From Eimeria praecox (lineage: Eukaryota): DNA of 64,000 nucleotides. The stretch is from the NCBI GenBank assembly GCA_963920595.1, contig OY986948.1, forward strand, positions 3,162,001 through 3,226,000. The letters run 5' to 3'. Below the pieces are notes generated by a model. That model did no database searches and was not told the DNA's origin. It was given only the letters and a program-made list of their open reading frames with translations. Position 1 is the stretch's first letter; the number at the start of each line of letters is the position of its first letter. Both the position numbers and the translations under genes were made by a program. Shown in pieces: positions 47,075-61,505 of this stretch.

Positions 47075-47154
<80 letters not shown>

Positions 47155-47569
47155 TCTCTCTCTCTGGCTGTTTGTGTTTGAAGGCCTGATTTTTGGTGTG
47201 TATGTTCCTCGTCTATTCACTGGGAAGAGTATTATATGTTTTTGTTTTTGTTTTTGTTTTTTTCTTGTTTTTCTTCAAACAGGATTGTCCTAGTGGCATA
47301 ACAGAGATGGAGTCAATAGATCTAAGTGCAACAGTTGAAAGAGGAATGCAAACAGGAGAGAAGATAATGTTTGAGGGTATGGGAGAGAATCGAGTCGGGC
47401 ATGAGCCGGGGGATCTCGTGTTAATTGTTGAAGAATTACCACATTCACGGTGAGACAAAATTAATTATTTTTGTGTGGAGTTGGATGAAATTCAAAAAAG
47501 ACAGAAAGAGAGACGAGAAACAAATAAGTGGTAGAACGCTTCTTATTCTTCTTCTGTTGAAAGAGAGAC

Positions 47570-47602
<33 letters not shown>

Positions 47603-48120
47603 CAGAGAGAGAGAGACATAGAGACAGAGAGAGACAGAGATGCAGAGAGAGACAGAGAGAGATAGATAGAGGCAGAGAGACAGAAACAGATATCAACTTG
47701 TGTTGAGAAGTTGTGTATTAGATGAATTTCATGTTTTGTTTTGTTTTGTTTTTCTGTTTTTTTTTATTTCTGGTGTCTGCAGATACACCCGAAGAGGGAA
47801 CGATTTGTTGATGACGCTTCGGATCGATTTGATGCAGGCATTAATTGGATTTAATATTGAGTTTGAGCATTTAGATAAGAAGAAAGTGAAGATAGAGAAA
47901 TCGTCTGTCACCTATGATGGAGAAGTTATAAGAATTAAGGATAAAGGAATGCCGAAGAGAGGCAATAATAATAATAATAATTATGATTATAATAATAATA
48001 AATATTTATACGGAGATCTCTTAGTTACATGCAAAATCAAATACCCCAAAGTTTTGAATAACAAACAAAAACAACTCATCAAAGATGCACTCACAGGCGT
48101 CCCGATGGATGTCTCAAACT

Positions 48121-48122
<2 letters not shown>
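46042..48122 (+). CDS. ER-type Hsp40/DnaJ (ERdj3/DNAJB11-like); exons 46042-46379, 46560-46929, 47283-47449, 47783-48122
   Basis: Signal peptide, J domain with HPD, G/F-rich linker, Cys-rich segment, DnaJ_C ([28 protein letters not shown]); all junctions GT-AG and in frame. Confidence 0.93.
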
Positions 48123-48182
<60 letters not shown>

Positions 48183-48491
48183 TATATATATATTATAATG
48201 TATTATATAATATATATTATATATTATATGTAGTATATATTAGTATATATATACATACATACATATTCAAATACGCATGCATGTGTGTATATTTATAATA
48301 TATCTACTTTATTATATATATATATATATATATAGTATATAATATATAATATATATAGTATATAATATATAGTATACAATATATATTATATATTATATAT
48401 TATATATGAAATATATATGTGTAGTGCGTCGAGTGTATAATGTATGCGTATGCAAATATTCTTGTATCTGTACGCACATTGTATGCTTTTG

Positions 48492-48561
<70 letters not shown>

Positions 48562-48714
48562 CATCGTGCTGGACAGAAAGCAGCAGTCGCTGGGACAGAG
48601 AAGCTCTGTACGGTATCAAGTTCAGCTCTTAACAGTTTCGTTTGAAATATAATAAATATACATAGTAAATATATGTACATGTATCTATCTATCTTTCTAT
48701 CTATCTATCTGTCT

Positions 48715-48788
<74 letters not shown>

Positions 48789-49077
48789 AGGATAGGATAG
48801 AAATACCCTGTGCCTCTCTTTCTCTCTCTCTGCTGTCTGTACACACACAGCACAGCAGAGAAGTGTTGATGATTTGTGGCGTCGTCTAAATCTGTTTGTC
48901 CTTCACAAGTTTGTTTTAATCTTGTGTGAGGATTAATACAGCTGCTTCTCTTTAGGGGGTGTGTCTGAGTTTGTTGCTGTATAGTATATGCGGTGTATGT
49001 ACACCTCACGTGAAAGTGCGGTGTATGTGGCATACATTGTGAGGTGTACACTGTATTATATATTGTAGCAACAACAA

Positions 49078-49109
<32 letters not shown>

Positions 49110-49110
49110 A

Positions 49111-49157
<47 letters not shown>

Positions 49158-49351
49158 ACAGCAGCAGCAGCAACAACAGCAGCAGCAGCAATAGAATTTT
49201 GGTGCTGCTGCTAGATGGCTTTAGGTTGATAGTGGGTGAGGAGAGGAGGAGAGGAGGAGGACAGATGATTGGTGCTATGTATATATGCGGCTGTTAGATT
49301 TACTTTCTCTGTACTCTTCCTGTTGCTGTTGAAGCAACAGACTGTCTATGA

Positions 49352-49408
<57 letters not shown>

Positions 49409-49620
49409 TTTATCTTCTTTGACTCATAGGAATATGTTTTAGATACTGTTTCTGCTTCTTCTTGTCTTCATAGTTGCTACGCTTCGTTGCTTCTTCTTAC
49501 AAAATCGCTCACAGCATTCTCTTAACCTAATCAGCAGTCACTGAGCTGTGCAGCTAGTATATACTTTTCTATAACTAAATTTATATGGTGTATATATATA
49601 TGTATCTATATATATCTATA

Positions 49621-49693
<73 letters not shown>

Positions 49694-49981
49694 GTGCATA
49701 GATATAGATATATAGATATATATCTATATAGATATATAGATATAGATATAGATATATATCTATATAGATATATAGATATAGATATATAGATATATAGATA
49801 GATATATAGATATATAGATATATAGATTCTAGGTATAAGAGGATGCGCTACAGAGGAGAAACCTTATCTCACTCTAGATTGTGCTGCCTTTGGATTTACC
49901 GTATAGTAAAGCAGGCTTAGATAATAAAAGTATGAGACAGAGCAGAGTTAGTTAGTTAGACAACGCTATGCTTGCTGCATA

Positions 49982-50055
<74 letters not shown>

Positions 50056-50260
50056 TATAAGGCGCTTTAGCGACAGGTGAGGTATTCAATCAAAGAGAGA
50101 AACCATCAGATAATTACTGTTTCTCTCTCTCTGTCTCTGTCTCCCTCTGGAGCCAGCCCCACATATCTGTATGTTTCCTGCATGCAATGGGGCTGTCTGC
50201 ATTGCAACGAAGACAAACTGAGAGGCTAGAGAGGAGAGAGGGGGGAGGGAGAGAGAGAGG

Positions 50261-50353
<93 letters not shown>

Positions 50354-50389
50354 GAATAGAATAAAGAGTAAAGGTCTATTATGTGTGTA

Positions 50390-50896
50390 TTAAGGACTGA
50401 AATCTAAAGTAGTATGGGTTTGTCCCTGGTTATCTGTGTATTTGGCTATTTCATACGGAGTGTATATATCTTCTGGCGGTGTACATTCACATGGATCTAC
50501 TCGTGTAACAAACGCGTTGGACCATTCCGATAAACAATCTCCTCTTCTTCTTCTTCTAAATACCGATTTAATTTGAACAGGTATGGTTTTAAATTGCCCC
50601 TTGCAACCAAATAATGCTGAGGAAACTGCGTATACACCTGCGTCATATCCATCAGATAAGGGCACACCAAAGTGTAAGGGGCTTGGCCTCCCAGGGATAT
50701 AATTATATTGAGGGGGAGGTTGTATATATTCACGATCATGAATAATATAATTATCTGAGCCCTTAGGTTCCATATGATGTCTGAAAAACTCTTGGCCCTT
50801 CGTTATAATTGGAGGAGGAGGCAATTCACTAAAACTCGAAAAAAAACCTAAATGTGCCCCCGTATGAGCCCTTTGGAACTCGTTTGTATTATTCAT
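50390..50896 (-). CDS. Hypothetical protein (168 aa), paralogue 1 of an unrecognised domain
   Basis: ATG 50896 in AAG-ATG context; ~65% identical over ~107 aa to 53327..53935. Confidence 0.8.
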   Translation of the reverse strand: MNNTNEFQRAHTGAHLGFFSSFSELPPPPIITKGQEFFRHHMEPKGSDNYIIHDREYIQPPPQYNYIPGRPSPLHFGVPLSDGYDAGVYAVSSALFGCKGQFKTIPVQIKSVFRRRRRGDCLSEWSNAFVTRVDPCECTPPEDIYTPYEIAKYTDNQGQTHTTLDFSP

Positions 50897-50904
50897 CTTG
50901 GTGA

Positions 50905-50941
<37 letters not shown>

Positions 50942-50944
50942 GAA

Positions 50945-50986
<42 letters not shown>

Positions 50987-51156
50987 GGAGAAGGGTTTTT
51001 GGGGTCTTAAGCTTGCAAATAGATTAATGCTTTGAATTGGTGAAGAGGAAGAAATATCAAAAGAAGGGAAGAAGAAAATATGAAAAAAAAAGCTGAAAAA
51101 AACAACACACACAAACACACACACACAAATATATATATATATATATAATATAATAA

Positions 51157-51248
<92 letters not shown>

Positions 51249-52463
51249 CTCGAACACCAGGATGCTCGATCTCAAGTATTGAGATAGGTGAAAAGATGAT
51301 TTTTTCACTCAAATGTTTGAATAAATTATATTTTTAGATAAAAAGGAAAGAAAAAAACAAATAGAATTCGTCTAATCTCGACAGAAACACCTTTCTACTA
51401 GATATTGAACAGGGAGGGGGGGGGCCCTCCACACACGCCGATGCGGGTTTGGATCTGTTTATATCGTGCATATTATACTCTCTTTGACATTCAAATAAAG
51501 TTAATTAGTGTTATAATATATAATCATTTAATAATTTTCGAGGATTCCACATTTATAATGTCGTTTTCAAACAAATTTTTCTGCTGCTCGGTAGTGAGCT
51601 GTTACTGGTTGAGTGTATGGAGTGTATTTTGAGGTGTATATGCTCTCGTCTCACGAATAAAGGAGATAATATGATGCAAATAAACAAACTAAGTTTAATA
51701 TTTTAGATAAAAACAAGAAAATAAAACATACTTTCTATCAAACACACACACACACACTCTCTCTTCTTGTGGTTGTATGTTAGCTGAGGCGATCGACTCG
51801 CATACAAAGCAGCCAGCTGTAAAACTGATATTGTATTTTCTTGCTTTTCTTATTATTTTTTATTTATTTGTTTTTTATTATTTAAATTATATAAAAATTT
51901 AATAAAATTTAACCTCAAATTTATCTCCTTCGCTCATATTAGCGTGGTGGAACGGCAGATGCATAAGGGAGGGGCCCCCGAGCTGCTTTTGAAACAGATC
52001 GAGATATCTATTGTATTGTTTTTATTATAATTTATTTATTTATTTATTTATTTATCTATTTATTTATTTATTTATTTATATATTTATATTTAAATTTACA
52101 TTTATACTTGTATGTAGACACCAACCAACACGTATTCTCTTATTCTCTCCCTATCATAGAAACAGCTGTTTGTATTATATATCTGTCTGTTTGCTTCTAC
52201 CTCATTTAAGCTAACATAATCCTATTAATTTTATTAATAATAATATTATTAATAAATAAATAGAGTTGCTATTATAATTTATAATATATAATATATAACA
52301 TAATCGATGGACTCGAGTGAAGTTGTATGGTTATATACAATCGACATACTACCAACTAACAATATTTTCTTCTTAGTTAGTAATATTGTTATATATTCAT
52401 ACAAAATTATTTTACTAATACGAAAAAGATATTAATACTATCATGTTATTATACTATAATACC

Positions 52464-52523
<60 letters not shown>

Positions 52524-53115
52524 GACCCATCCTTGTTAATTGAAGAACACAACAATATTTCTACTGTATTATTATACTATAATAATATAATTACTATAAA
52601 ATAATATAACTAGAAGACCCATACAATACAGCAACACTATTAACATAATCTACAGAAGCAGTTCTAACAAACTATCAGCCATACAAACAGCCCAAGGGAT
52701 AAACAACTAAAACCTAATGATAGAACGTTTCTTAAAAACCAACAAATTAATAAACACGAGTACAAACATCTACTACTAGCAAAGACTATGCTGTTCTAAC
52801 CCTAAACAGCTGCAGCTGCAGCTGTAGCTGTAGCTACACCTGCCCTCCTTCTTTTAAAAAAACTAAATAATAATAATAATAATAATAATATATATTAAAC
52901 TTAGAAAGAAAAGAAGGAAAAAAGTTAAAAAGAAGAAACTGAGGCTGTTCTTCATGTGTACGATCGTAGACAGAGTAGAATATACGAAGGAGTTTGAGGA
53001 ATACAAATTAAAGAATAGATTTAATTTGTATTATTATATTTAATTTGTTTTTATTGCTTTTATATTTTATATTATATACATATATATATATATACATATA
53101 CATGAAAGATCCATA

Positions 53116-53147
53116 CAAATTTGAGGTGTACGTACACCTCAAATTTG
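53116..53147. repeat. Perfect 32-bp palindrome (dispersed GGTGTACGTACACC family)
   Basis: CAAATTTGAGGTGTAC|GTACACCTCAAATTTG; other copies at 55979, 56978, 61073, 61756. Confidence 0.95.
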
Positions 53148-53326
53148 AAGCCAACATCATTTCAAGTTCTCATGGCGTTTATAACTTTTATTTTGCATGT
53201 ATTTCTTTATTTTTTTTGTATTTTTTATTATTTTTCACCAATAAATATAAAAAGAAAGCTATTTATCACAGCTTTCTCCTTTTTTTCTTGTTTGTTGGTG
53301 CTGCTGTTTCCTTATCTCATACAACT

Positions 53327-53935
53327 TCAACTGAAGGTGGTGCTTGGGGCTCCTCCGTGTTCGAAATTGAACGAGCTATAATTATTGGTATTGTAATTAT
53401 TGCTATAGAAATAATTATAATTATTATTAAAATTATAATTATTATTATTTAAATTATCTGCATATTTCGTAACTTCAAGTGGAGTATATACTTCTTCAGC
53501 GGATATACACTCGAGCGGATCTGTTCTTGTAACGAAAGCATTAGGCCATTCAGAATTAACATCTCCTCTTCTTCTTCTTCTGAATACAGGTTTTTGTTTA
53601 ATTATTATTCTTTTAAATACATTACTCCCCCCAAACAAAGCAGAGGAAACTGCAGATACACCTGGATCTCTACCATCAGATAGAGGTACACCATAATGTA
53701 AAGGAGAAGGCTTTCCTTCTATATAACTATGAGGAGGAGACTCGGGTTTTTCTCTATCATGTATTATATACTTTTCTTCTATTTCATCTCTTCCTCTTTG
53801 TTGTATTCCCCTAAAATACGACCCTGCTTTGTGTTTATCTAATTCGCCTTTCTTCCCACCTTCAAAATGAGAGAGAAAATCTACGTTTGATAAAGATATA
53901 TTATAAGAAGAACCTGCAACACTCATACCCTCCAT
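53327..53935 (-). CDS. Hypothetical protein (202 aa), paralogue 2 of the same domain
   Basis: YIIHDRE..PSPLHYGVPLSDG..AVSSALFG..VFRRRRRGD..SEW.NAFVTR.DP.EC shared with paralogue 1. Confidence 0.8.
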   Translation of the reverse strand: MEGMSVAGSSYNISLSNVDFLSHFEGGKKGELDKHKAGSYFRGIQQRGRDEIEEKYIIHDREKPESPPHSYIEGKPSPLHYGVPLSDGRDPGVSAVSSALFGGSNVFKRIIIKQKPVFRRRRRGDVNSEWPNAFVTRTDPLECISAEEVYTPLEVTKYADNLNNNNYNFNNNYNYFYSNNYNTNNYSSFNFEHGGAPSTTFS

Positions 53936-54395
53936 CTTTACAAATTCTATTTATTTATTTATTTATCTATTTATTTATTTATTTATTTATTTATTATATA
54001 TTATAGCTTAGATAATATAGATATTAGAGATAGAGATAGAGATAGATAAATATATATATTTATGTGATGTTATGTTATGTCGTCTTCGAAGGAAAAAATA
54101 AAAAAGACAAACGAAATACGGAAAATAAAAACCTGAAAACAAACAAAAACAAAAACAAATACAAATATATATAATATAAGTACATACATACATATACATA
54201 ATTAATGCTGCTGCAGCTGCAACAGCAGCAATAGCAGCAGCAGCAACAGCGGCAGCAGCAGCAGCAGCAACAGCAGGAGTTGGGAGGAGAATGCAGAAGC
54301 AACAACAATCGAGAGAAGAACAGAAAAACATAAAAACACAAAATGTAAAAACAAGGAAAAGAAGCTTAAACGAACAGAATACAACTTCAAATATG

Positions 54396-54454
<59 letters not shown>

Positions 54455-55321
54455 TTGCTGCCTCTGTGTTAAGACTTCTCTCTCTGCTTTTCTCTCTACA
54501 TCATTTGCATTCAAATTCTCTGTATCTTTCGCTGATAGTTAGTACGAGCGTTTTGAGAGCAGAGGGAGAGAGGAGGCAGAGAAAGAGGAGGTGGCTCATA
54601 ATAAACAACTAATCTTAGGATAATATACTTTAAAATTAAATTAAAAAAAGAATAAAGAAGAAAATAAAACAAAATAAAACAAAAAAGAAAACAATTCTGT
54701 CAAGCGAGCGGGCGCAGCTTCGAGTGGAGAGAGTTGAAGGATGTTTTATGTGTTTGTTTGGCTTACTTGAAGGGGAATAGGAGTTATTTGAGTTGAAAAT
54801 AAAGTAATATTATAATTTAAATGTATTTAAAATGTTTTATTATACAAATAAACAAAACACAAACATCTGTTGACTCCAGCAAACAACACATCGGAGCTGT
54901 AGATACACCGCAGCAGCATCGCCTCACTCCTCCCTGCGGTCTGTTTCTTCTTCTTCTTCTTTTCTATTCTTTTTTGCAATTTTGCTTCTTTTATTTTAAT
55001 TTACAGATTTAAATTATCAAAATAAACAAATACAGAAGAAAATTCCTTCTTTTAAAACCCATATTCAACTAACAACGACGCATACATACACCCTACACAT
55101 CTCGAGGTGTACAGACAGCTCAGCAGCTGCAGCCGACGGCTTTCTTAACTCTCTCACCCTTCTATGCAAACAAAAACAAAAAAATTAAAAAAAATATATA
55201 TATTTGCAGGCAATATATAAAATCTTCTCCCTAAACATGTATGCGATCTGCCTGCATCTGCTGCGGACCTAGCTGTAAGCTTCACTGCTCTCAGATATCC
55301 TCGCTCTATGGGGGTTCTTAA

Positions 55322-55385
<64 letters not shown>

Positions 55386-55809
55386 TTGCTGCTGCTTTTG
55401 TTGCTGCTTTTGATGCTGCTGCTGTTGCTGCTGCTGTTGCTGCCTTTGTTGCTGCCTTTGCTGCTGCTGCTGAGAGCGTCGTCTTCACTCGCTGTCTGTA
55501 CACCGCGAGGGCGATTTGCTGTGTTTGTGTTTTCTTGTTTGTATTTACCTAACAAACTCTTCAGCAGCAGCACAGCAGCAGCTGCTGCTTCCGTAGCTGT
55601 AAATTAATGAAGAAGCTGTACGTATACTTCTCCCCTGCATCTACTCCTCCTCCTCGTATTTATTTATTTATTTTATTTTTTTATTTATTTATACTTAGGT
55701 AGAAGCTACTTCCGTCTGAGCTCGTTCAATCCCTCTCAGACTTTCTATCTTAACTCAGCCATCAATAAATAGCAGACAACAAGACTGCTGCTGTTGCTGC
55801 TGCTGCTGT

Positions 55810-55847
<38 letters not shown>

Positions 55848-56203
55848 TTGCTGCCAACGCAGCAATCACAAGCACAGCTAGCCAACTGCAGCAGCAGCAG
55901 CTGCAGCAGCAGCAGCTGCTGCAGCAGATGGGGGAGGCCCTATACATGTATAGACCTCTCGTTCTGAAGTGTATTTAAGGTGTACGTACACCCGAAGTTG
56001 TGCTGCTGTGTGTGTAAAGAGAAGAAGATGAAGCAAAAGATACAAACAAAATAATTTCTACTTTCTTTTTCTTCTAAATATATTACTTCAAATATTGCTG
56101 CTGGCCTTGACAGAATACGCCTTACATGTATATATACTAAGCTTTGAAGATATATACTTAAAAAATAAATTAATAACAATAAAGAAATACACTCAGAAAT
56201 ATA

Positions 56204-56250
<47 letters not shown>

Positions 56251-56273
56251 CTCTATCCCTATCTCTATATATT

Positions 56274-56358
<85 letters not shown>

Positions 56359-56482
56359 GTTGATAAAAGACTAGTAGCGAAGATGAACGTAGCAACAAGA
56401 AGAAAAGTAATTAGGAAGTAGAGAGAAGTATAAACAACAGATGGAAACAAATATCTGTATTTTTTAAGCTTTTTCGTACTAT

Positions 56483-56587
<105 letters not shown>

Positions 56588-57040
56588 TTTATACAGCTAT
56601 TGCATTTATACACTAATAAATATATATATTTGTATATTTATATACGTACATATATATATTTATATATTTATATATTTATAGATTTATAAACTGCAAATAT
56701 AAATACAACTAGTAAAAGAAACTTGTTAGTTTGTACAGAGGGCAAAGACAAAAGAAAGTTGTAGGAGAAAGAAGAAAAAAAAAGTGGAAATAGAGAAAAA
56801 ATAAAATAGAAATAAATACGAAATGAAGTAGAAATAGAAAATAAATAGAAAATAAACAGAAAATAAACAGAAAATAAATAGAGAGAGGAAAAGATAAAAA
56901 GACAAACACCTCTCTGTGTCTTGTCTTTGTCTTTTATTTGTTTTTTGCAGATTAATATAAACTTAAATTTCGATGTCTGAGGTGTACGTACACCTCAAAT
57001 TTCTTCTTCTTCTCCTATTTTATTTTATATTATTTATTTT

Positions 57041-57240
57041 NNNNNNNNNNNNNNNNNNNNNNNNNNNNNNNNNNNNNNNNNNNNNNNNNNNNNNNNNNNN
57101 NNNNNNNNNNNNNNNNNNNNNNNNNNNNNNNNNNNNNNNNNNNNNNNNNNNNNNNNNNNNNNNNNNNNNNNNNNNNNNNNNNNNNNNNNNNNNNNNNNNN
57201 NNNNNNNNNNNNNNNNNNNNNNNNNNNNNNNNNNNNNNNN
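57041..57240. other. Assembly gap (200 N)
   Basis: Run of n. Confidence 1.
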
Positions 57241-57776
57241 TATTTTATTTATTTTATTTTATTTTCTCTCTTCTCCGTTCTTCTTTCTCTTCTTTTTCTT
57301 TCACTCCCCTCATGTGATTTTACACATCTCTCTTCGTTTTGTTTGTTTATTTTCTTTAATTTTTTTATTTTTTAATTTTTTTAATTTTGTTTGTTTTGTT
57401 TATTTTGTTTATTTTGTTTGTTTTCGTATTTTGCCTCTTCAAAGCATTTCCTCCCCCTTGCAAATCTTCTTCTGTGTTGATCTCTTCTATATATATATAT
57501 ATATCATATTATATACATAAAATATTATATATATAATATTATATAGATATATTATATATGATATGTATACAACATATATAATATAAAGTAATAATACATA
57601 TAATATATATAATACATGAAAAATCTGTATTATATATATACACTATATATATACATATATTATTTATATATTAAATACGATACATCATATAAATATTCTA
57701 TATATATATATATATAATATTATATATTATATACTCTATATTATATATATAGAAGCAGCATTCGCTCTGTCCCGCA

Positions 57777-57791
57777 TTACATTCTCCGTCC

Positions 57792-57823
<32 letters not shown>

Positions 57824-58064
57824 CTACATCTACAGGGAAGTTAAGTAGTGCTCTTCCAGCTTTCGAGAAATTCGAGATACGATCAAATATGCTGCTGCAG
57901 TTGAAGCCAAGCCAGAATCCCAGCAACATACCTAAACCTACACCAGACCAGAAACCAAAGAAAGGTTTCTCCGATTCTCTCATTAAATCATCTAATTCTT
58001 TTGTTGCTAAATGCTGGCTCATACCAAAGCCTCCTAATAAAAGAGCAGGTAAGAAGAACCCCAT
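57777..58064 (-). CDS. Small hypothetical membrane protein (95 aa)
   Basis: Non-repetitive ORF in AT-rich surroundings; Gly-rich hydrophobic segment FFGFWSGVGLGMLLGFWLGF; polyQ tail. Confidence 0.6.
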
Positions 58065-59010
58065 CGTTCAACTTTAGAGAGGAGGCGAAATGGAGGGGAG
58101 GGAAGGGGGGCGGGGAGGGGGGAACAGAGGCAAAATAGCCAACGAAACAATCAATTATTGATTTAATTGTATAAAATAAATAAAAAGATACACATACATA
58201 CGAGAAAAGTATCTAAAAATCAAAAATTTTCGCCGAAAACTTGCAATGTCATGGAGGCGCCGAAGAAGCGCCAACGCAAAATAACACGACGGAAACAGAG
58301 GCGAATTTAGCGTAAAAACTGAGGAAAACTTACAATATTAAACAAAACAACTCATTATTAAACACTTAAAAAAGTAAAAAATCATGAAATCATCTAAATA
58401 ATGCGAGTATTCCCTGCAGTTCAATGATGCTCAGACCTGGCTATACACCCGAATGCATGAGCGAAGAAACACGAAAAAAACAGCGAAATTGCGGGGAATT
58501 TTCTGTAAAATGCGAGGCTATGAAGGCCTAAAAGATATATTTGATGCATTTTTGAATATTTATAATAAAAATACTCTTCAGCTTTCTTCCTTTTCTCCCT
58601 CCTTTCTTATAAAGCCACCCAGCCCAGCCAGCTTCCAGGTGCATGTACACCGCAGACGAAATGTGTTATGTTGTTTTTTGCTTTGTTTGGGGCTTTCTTT
58701 CAGATAATAATACATTTTCAAAGCATTTTAATATATATTTTGAGGCAAACACTCTCAAAAGAAACAGAAGAACAACAAAAGGTACCTGTCTTCTACTTGA
58801 TAGATCCATGACTTCTCGGTTCGGCGTCGCTTCGCTTACACGAACAGCGAGTGTTGCTATTTCCGCTTTTCTTCTTCTTTGTAGGTTTTATATACTCTTA
58901 AATATTTATTTTCTTTTATATTTTAACGACAGGGTTTAGTATTTAAATCATTATTACTTTAAATTGTTTTTCTTCTTTTCTTCATTCTTCTGTTGTTGAT
59001 GCAGCCGCCT

Positions 59011-59279
59011 ATGACGTTGACTCCTAAGGTTAGAAATATTATTTCTTGGGCTGCTGTTGTTGTATTAGGTAAGTTGATAGATTTGTTGTTGTATTTGTTT
59101 TATTATTCTCTCTGTCTTTTACTGCTCGTCTCTTGTTTTTTTTGTTTGTTTGAGGTTCTCTGCTGTACTACTTCAATCCGTCGCTTTATCTCTGTCTCGT
59201 TGTCTCTCTGTCTGTCTCTCTCCTTTCTGCTCTTCTGCTTGTCTGTCTGTCTCTCTCCCTCTCTTTCTCTCTCTCTCTC

Positions 59280-59358
<79 letters not shown>

Positions 59359-59678
59359 CTCTTCCTCCTTCTCTCCCTTCTTTCTGTGCCTCTTTCTCTC
59401 TCTCCATATCGCCTTGTTTTTGTCTTGCTTTCTTCTGCTGTCTCCAGTGCCTGCTGCTGCAGCAGCGGTTGCAGCAGCAGCAGCAGCAGCAGCTGCTGCT
59501 GCTGCTGCAGCTGCTGCTGCTTGTTGTTCTCATTGTTTATCTTTTTTCCTCTGATCTAATCTTCTCTTTCTTTCTTTTTTTGCTGTTTCTAACTCTTCTT
59601 CATTCCTAGCGTTTGCTGCTGTTGCTGTTGCTGCTGCTGCTTGTCCTGCTGCTGCTGCTGCTGCTGTTATTGCTGTTG

Positions 59679-59709
<31 letters not shown>

Positions 59710-59809
59710 AGGAGCAGCAGTCCCCGTGGGTCTGTCTCTTTTACAAATTTATAAATTTGACGTTCATGAAGAAGCGTTGGCGCTGCATTCAGAGACAAAG
59801 AGAATAAGA

Positions 59810-59846
<37 letters not shown>

Positions 59847-59914
59847 TTAAACAACAGGAGGCAGCAGCAGCAGCAGCAGCAGCATCAACAACTGCTGCTG
59901 CTGCTTCTGTCTAG
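59011..59914 (+). CDS. Small single-pass membrane protein (~86 aa); exons 59011-59068 and 59712-59914
   Basis: TAG|GTAAG donor and CTGCAG| acceptor join in frame: MTLTPKVRNIISWAAVVVLGAAVPVGLSLLQIYKFDVHEEALALHSETKRIRQQ.. Confidence 0.65.
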
Positions 59915-60373
59915 CTAATCGTAATTCCTTGCCTGTGCTCTGATAAACTGCTGCTGCTGCTGCTGCTGCAGCAGCAGCAAGTGCAGCAGCAGCTGCAGCA
60001 ACAACAACAACAACAACAGTAGCAGCAGCAGTTGCTGCTGCTGCTACTGCAGCGGCAGACAAAAAGCTGCTGCTGCAGCAGCAGCAACAGCAGCAACAGC
60101 AGCAGCAGCAGCAGCAGCAACAGCAAAGACACACGAATTTACAGCAGCAGCAGTTTGCCTGCTTCGCAGCATCAGACTGCAGAGTATAACGTTCTTTATT
60201 TTTTAATTTGTTTTATTTGTTTTATTTATTTATTTATCTATTTATTTATTTATTTATTTATTTATTTTATTTATTTATTTATTTTATTTATTTGTCTTTC
60301 TCTGTTTAGCTGAGTTAAGAACAGCAGAAAATAAAATTAATTGAAAAAGATTTTTGCTGTGGGGTTTAGTGCA

Positions 60374-60701
60374 TAGGGTTTAGGGTTTAGGGTTTAGGGT
60401 TTAGGGTTTAGGGTTTAGGGTTTAGGGTTTAGGGTTAAGCGTCTGCACAGCCAAAGAGAGTTTGAGATGATTAGAGGTTTAGGGTTTAGGGTTTAGGGTT
60501 TAGGGTTTAGGGTTTAGGGTTTAGGGTTTAGGGTTTAGCTCTTAGGGTTAAGAGAAGCAAACGTTTAGTTAATAATGGCAATAAAGACATGCAACATCTT
60601 CTAAACCCTAAAACCCTAAACCCTAAAACCCTAAACCCTAGAACCCTAAACCCTAGAACCCTAAACCCTAAACCCTAAAACCCTAAACCCTAGTAAACCC
60701 T
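60374..60701. repeat. Interstitial telomere-like arrays: (TTTAGGG)n at ~60374-60437 and ~60475-60538, then (CCCTAAA)n variants at ~60601-60701
   Basis: Direct reading. Confidence 0.95.
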
Positions 60702-61251
60702 CAGGGTTTTCGGTATCTGTTGGCTTGCTGTTTTTTGATTATATTATATAATTTATATTAAATAATATAATCATTTATTTATTTATTTAAAAATAAACAA
60801 AATTAAATTAATTTTCCTACAAATGTATGCTGAAAAGACCTATGGAGGCCCCCGTAGCAAATACAGTAGAGCAGAACATACAGCAGAAGTTTGTATACAA
60901 CTCAGTTCTTCTTTGTTTGTTTGTGGTTTTTCTTCTGATTTAATTTAATAAATATATTTTAATTTATTTTATTTAATTAAAATACATAAATTTCGTTTAA
61001 TACAAACCAAATTTAATGTACAGGGATCTTCATTTACCTACATATCTCGAGATTATTTCAGAGTCAACATTTTCAGGTGTACGTACACCTGAGGCCCCCT
61101 CAGTATAAATATACAACCAAATCTAAAAATAATAAATTAATATCAAATTATTTCTGTTTTAAAATAAATACTGAGGCGGAAACCCATAAAAAAAGAGAGA
61201 AGTCGGCCTAACCAACCCTACGCTGCAGCAGCAGCAGCAGCAGCAGCAACA

Positions 61252-61302
<51 letters not shown>

Positions 61303-61410
61303 GCAGCATCGATACCTGCAGATGCAGCAGCAGGGATAGTTGTAGGAGCTGCAGCAGCAGCACAGACAGCAGCGAGATCGAGGACAGCAGCAGCAACAGC
61401 AGCAGACAAT

Positions 61411-61442
<32 letters not shown>

Positions 61443-61455
61443 CAATCGACACCAA

Positions 61456-61490
<35 letters not shown>

Positions 61491-61505
61491 GCAGCATGAT
61501 GAACG

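Noticed and set aside
46930..47782. (CT)n and (GA)n tracts flanking DnaJ exon 3 as a pairing element
   Set aside because: Such tracts are ubiquitous in this region; no evidence beyond chance
50897..51124. N-terminal 76 aa of ORF 50390..51124
   Set aside because: Microsatellite-derived with a non-ATG start; the paralogue supports the downstream ATG
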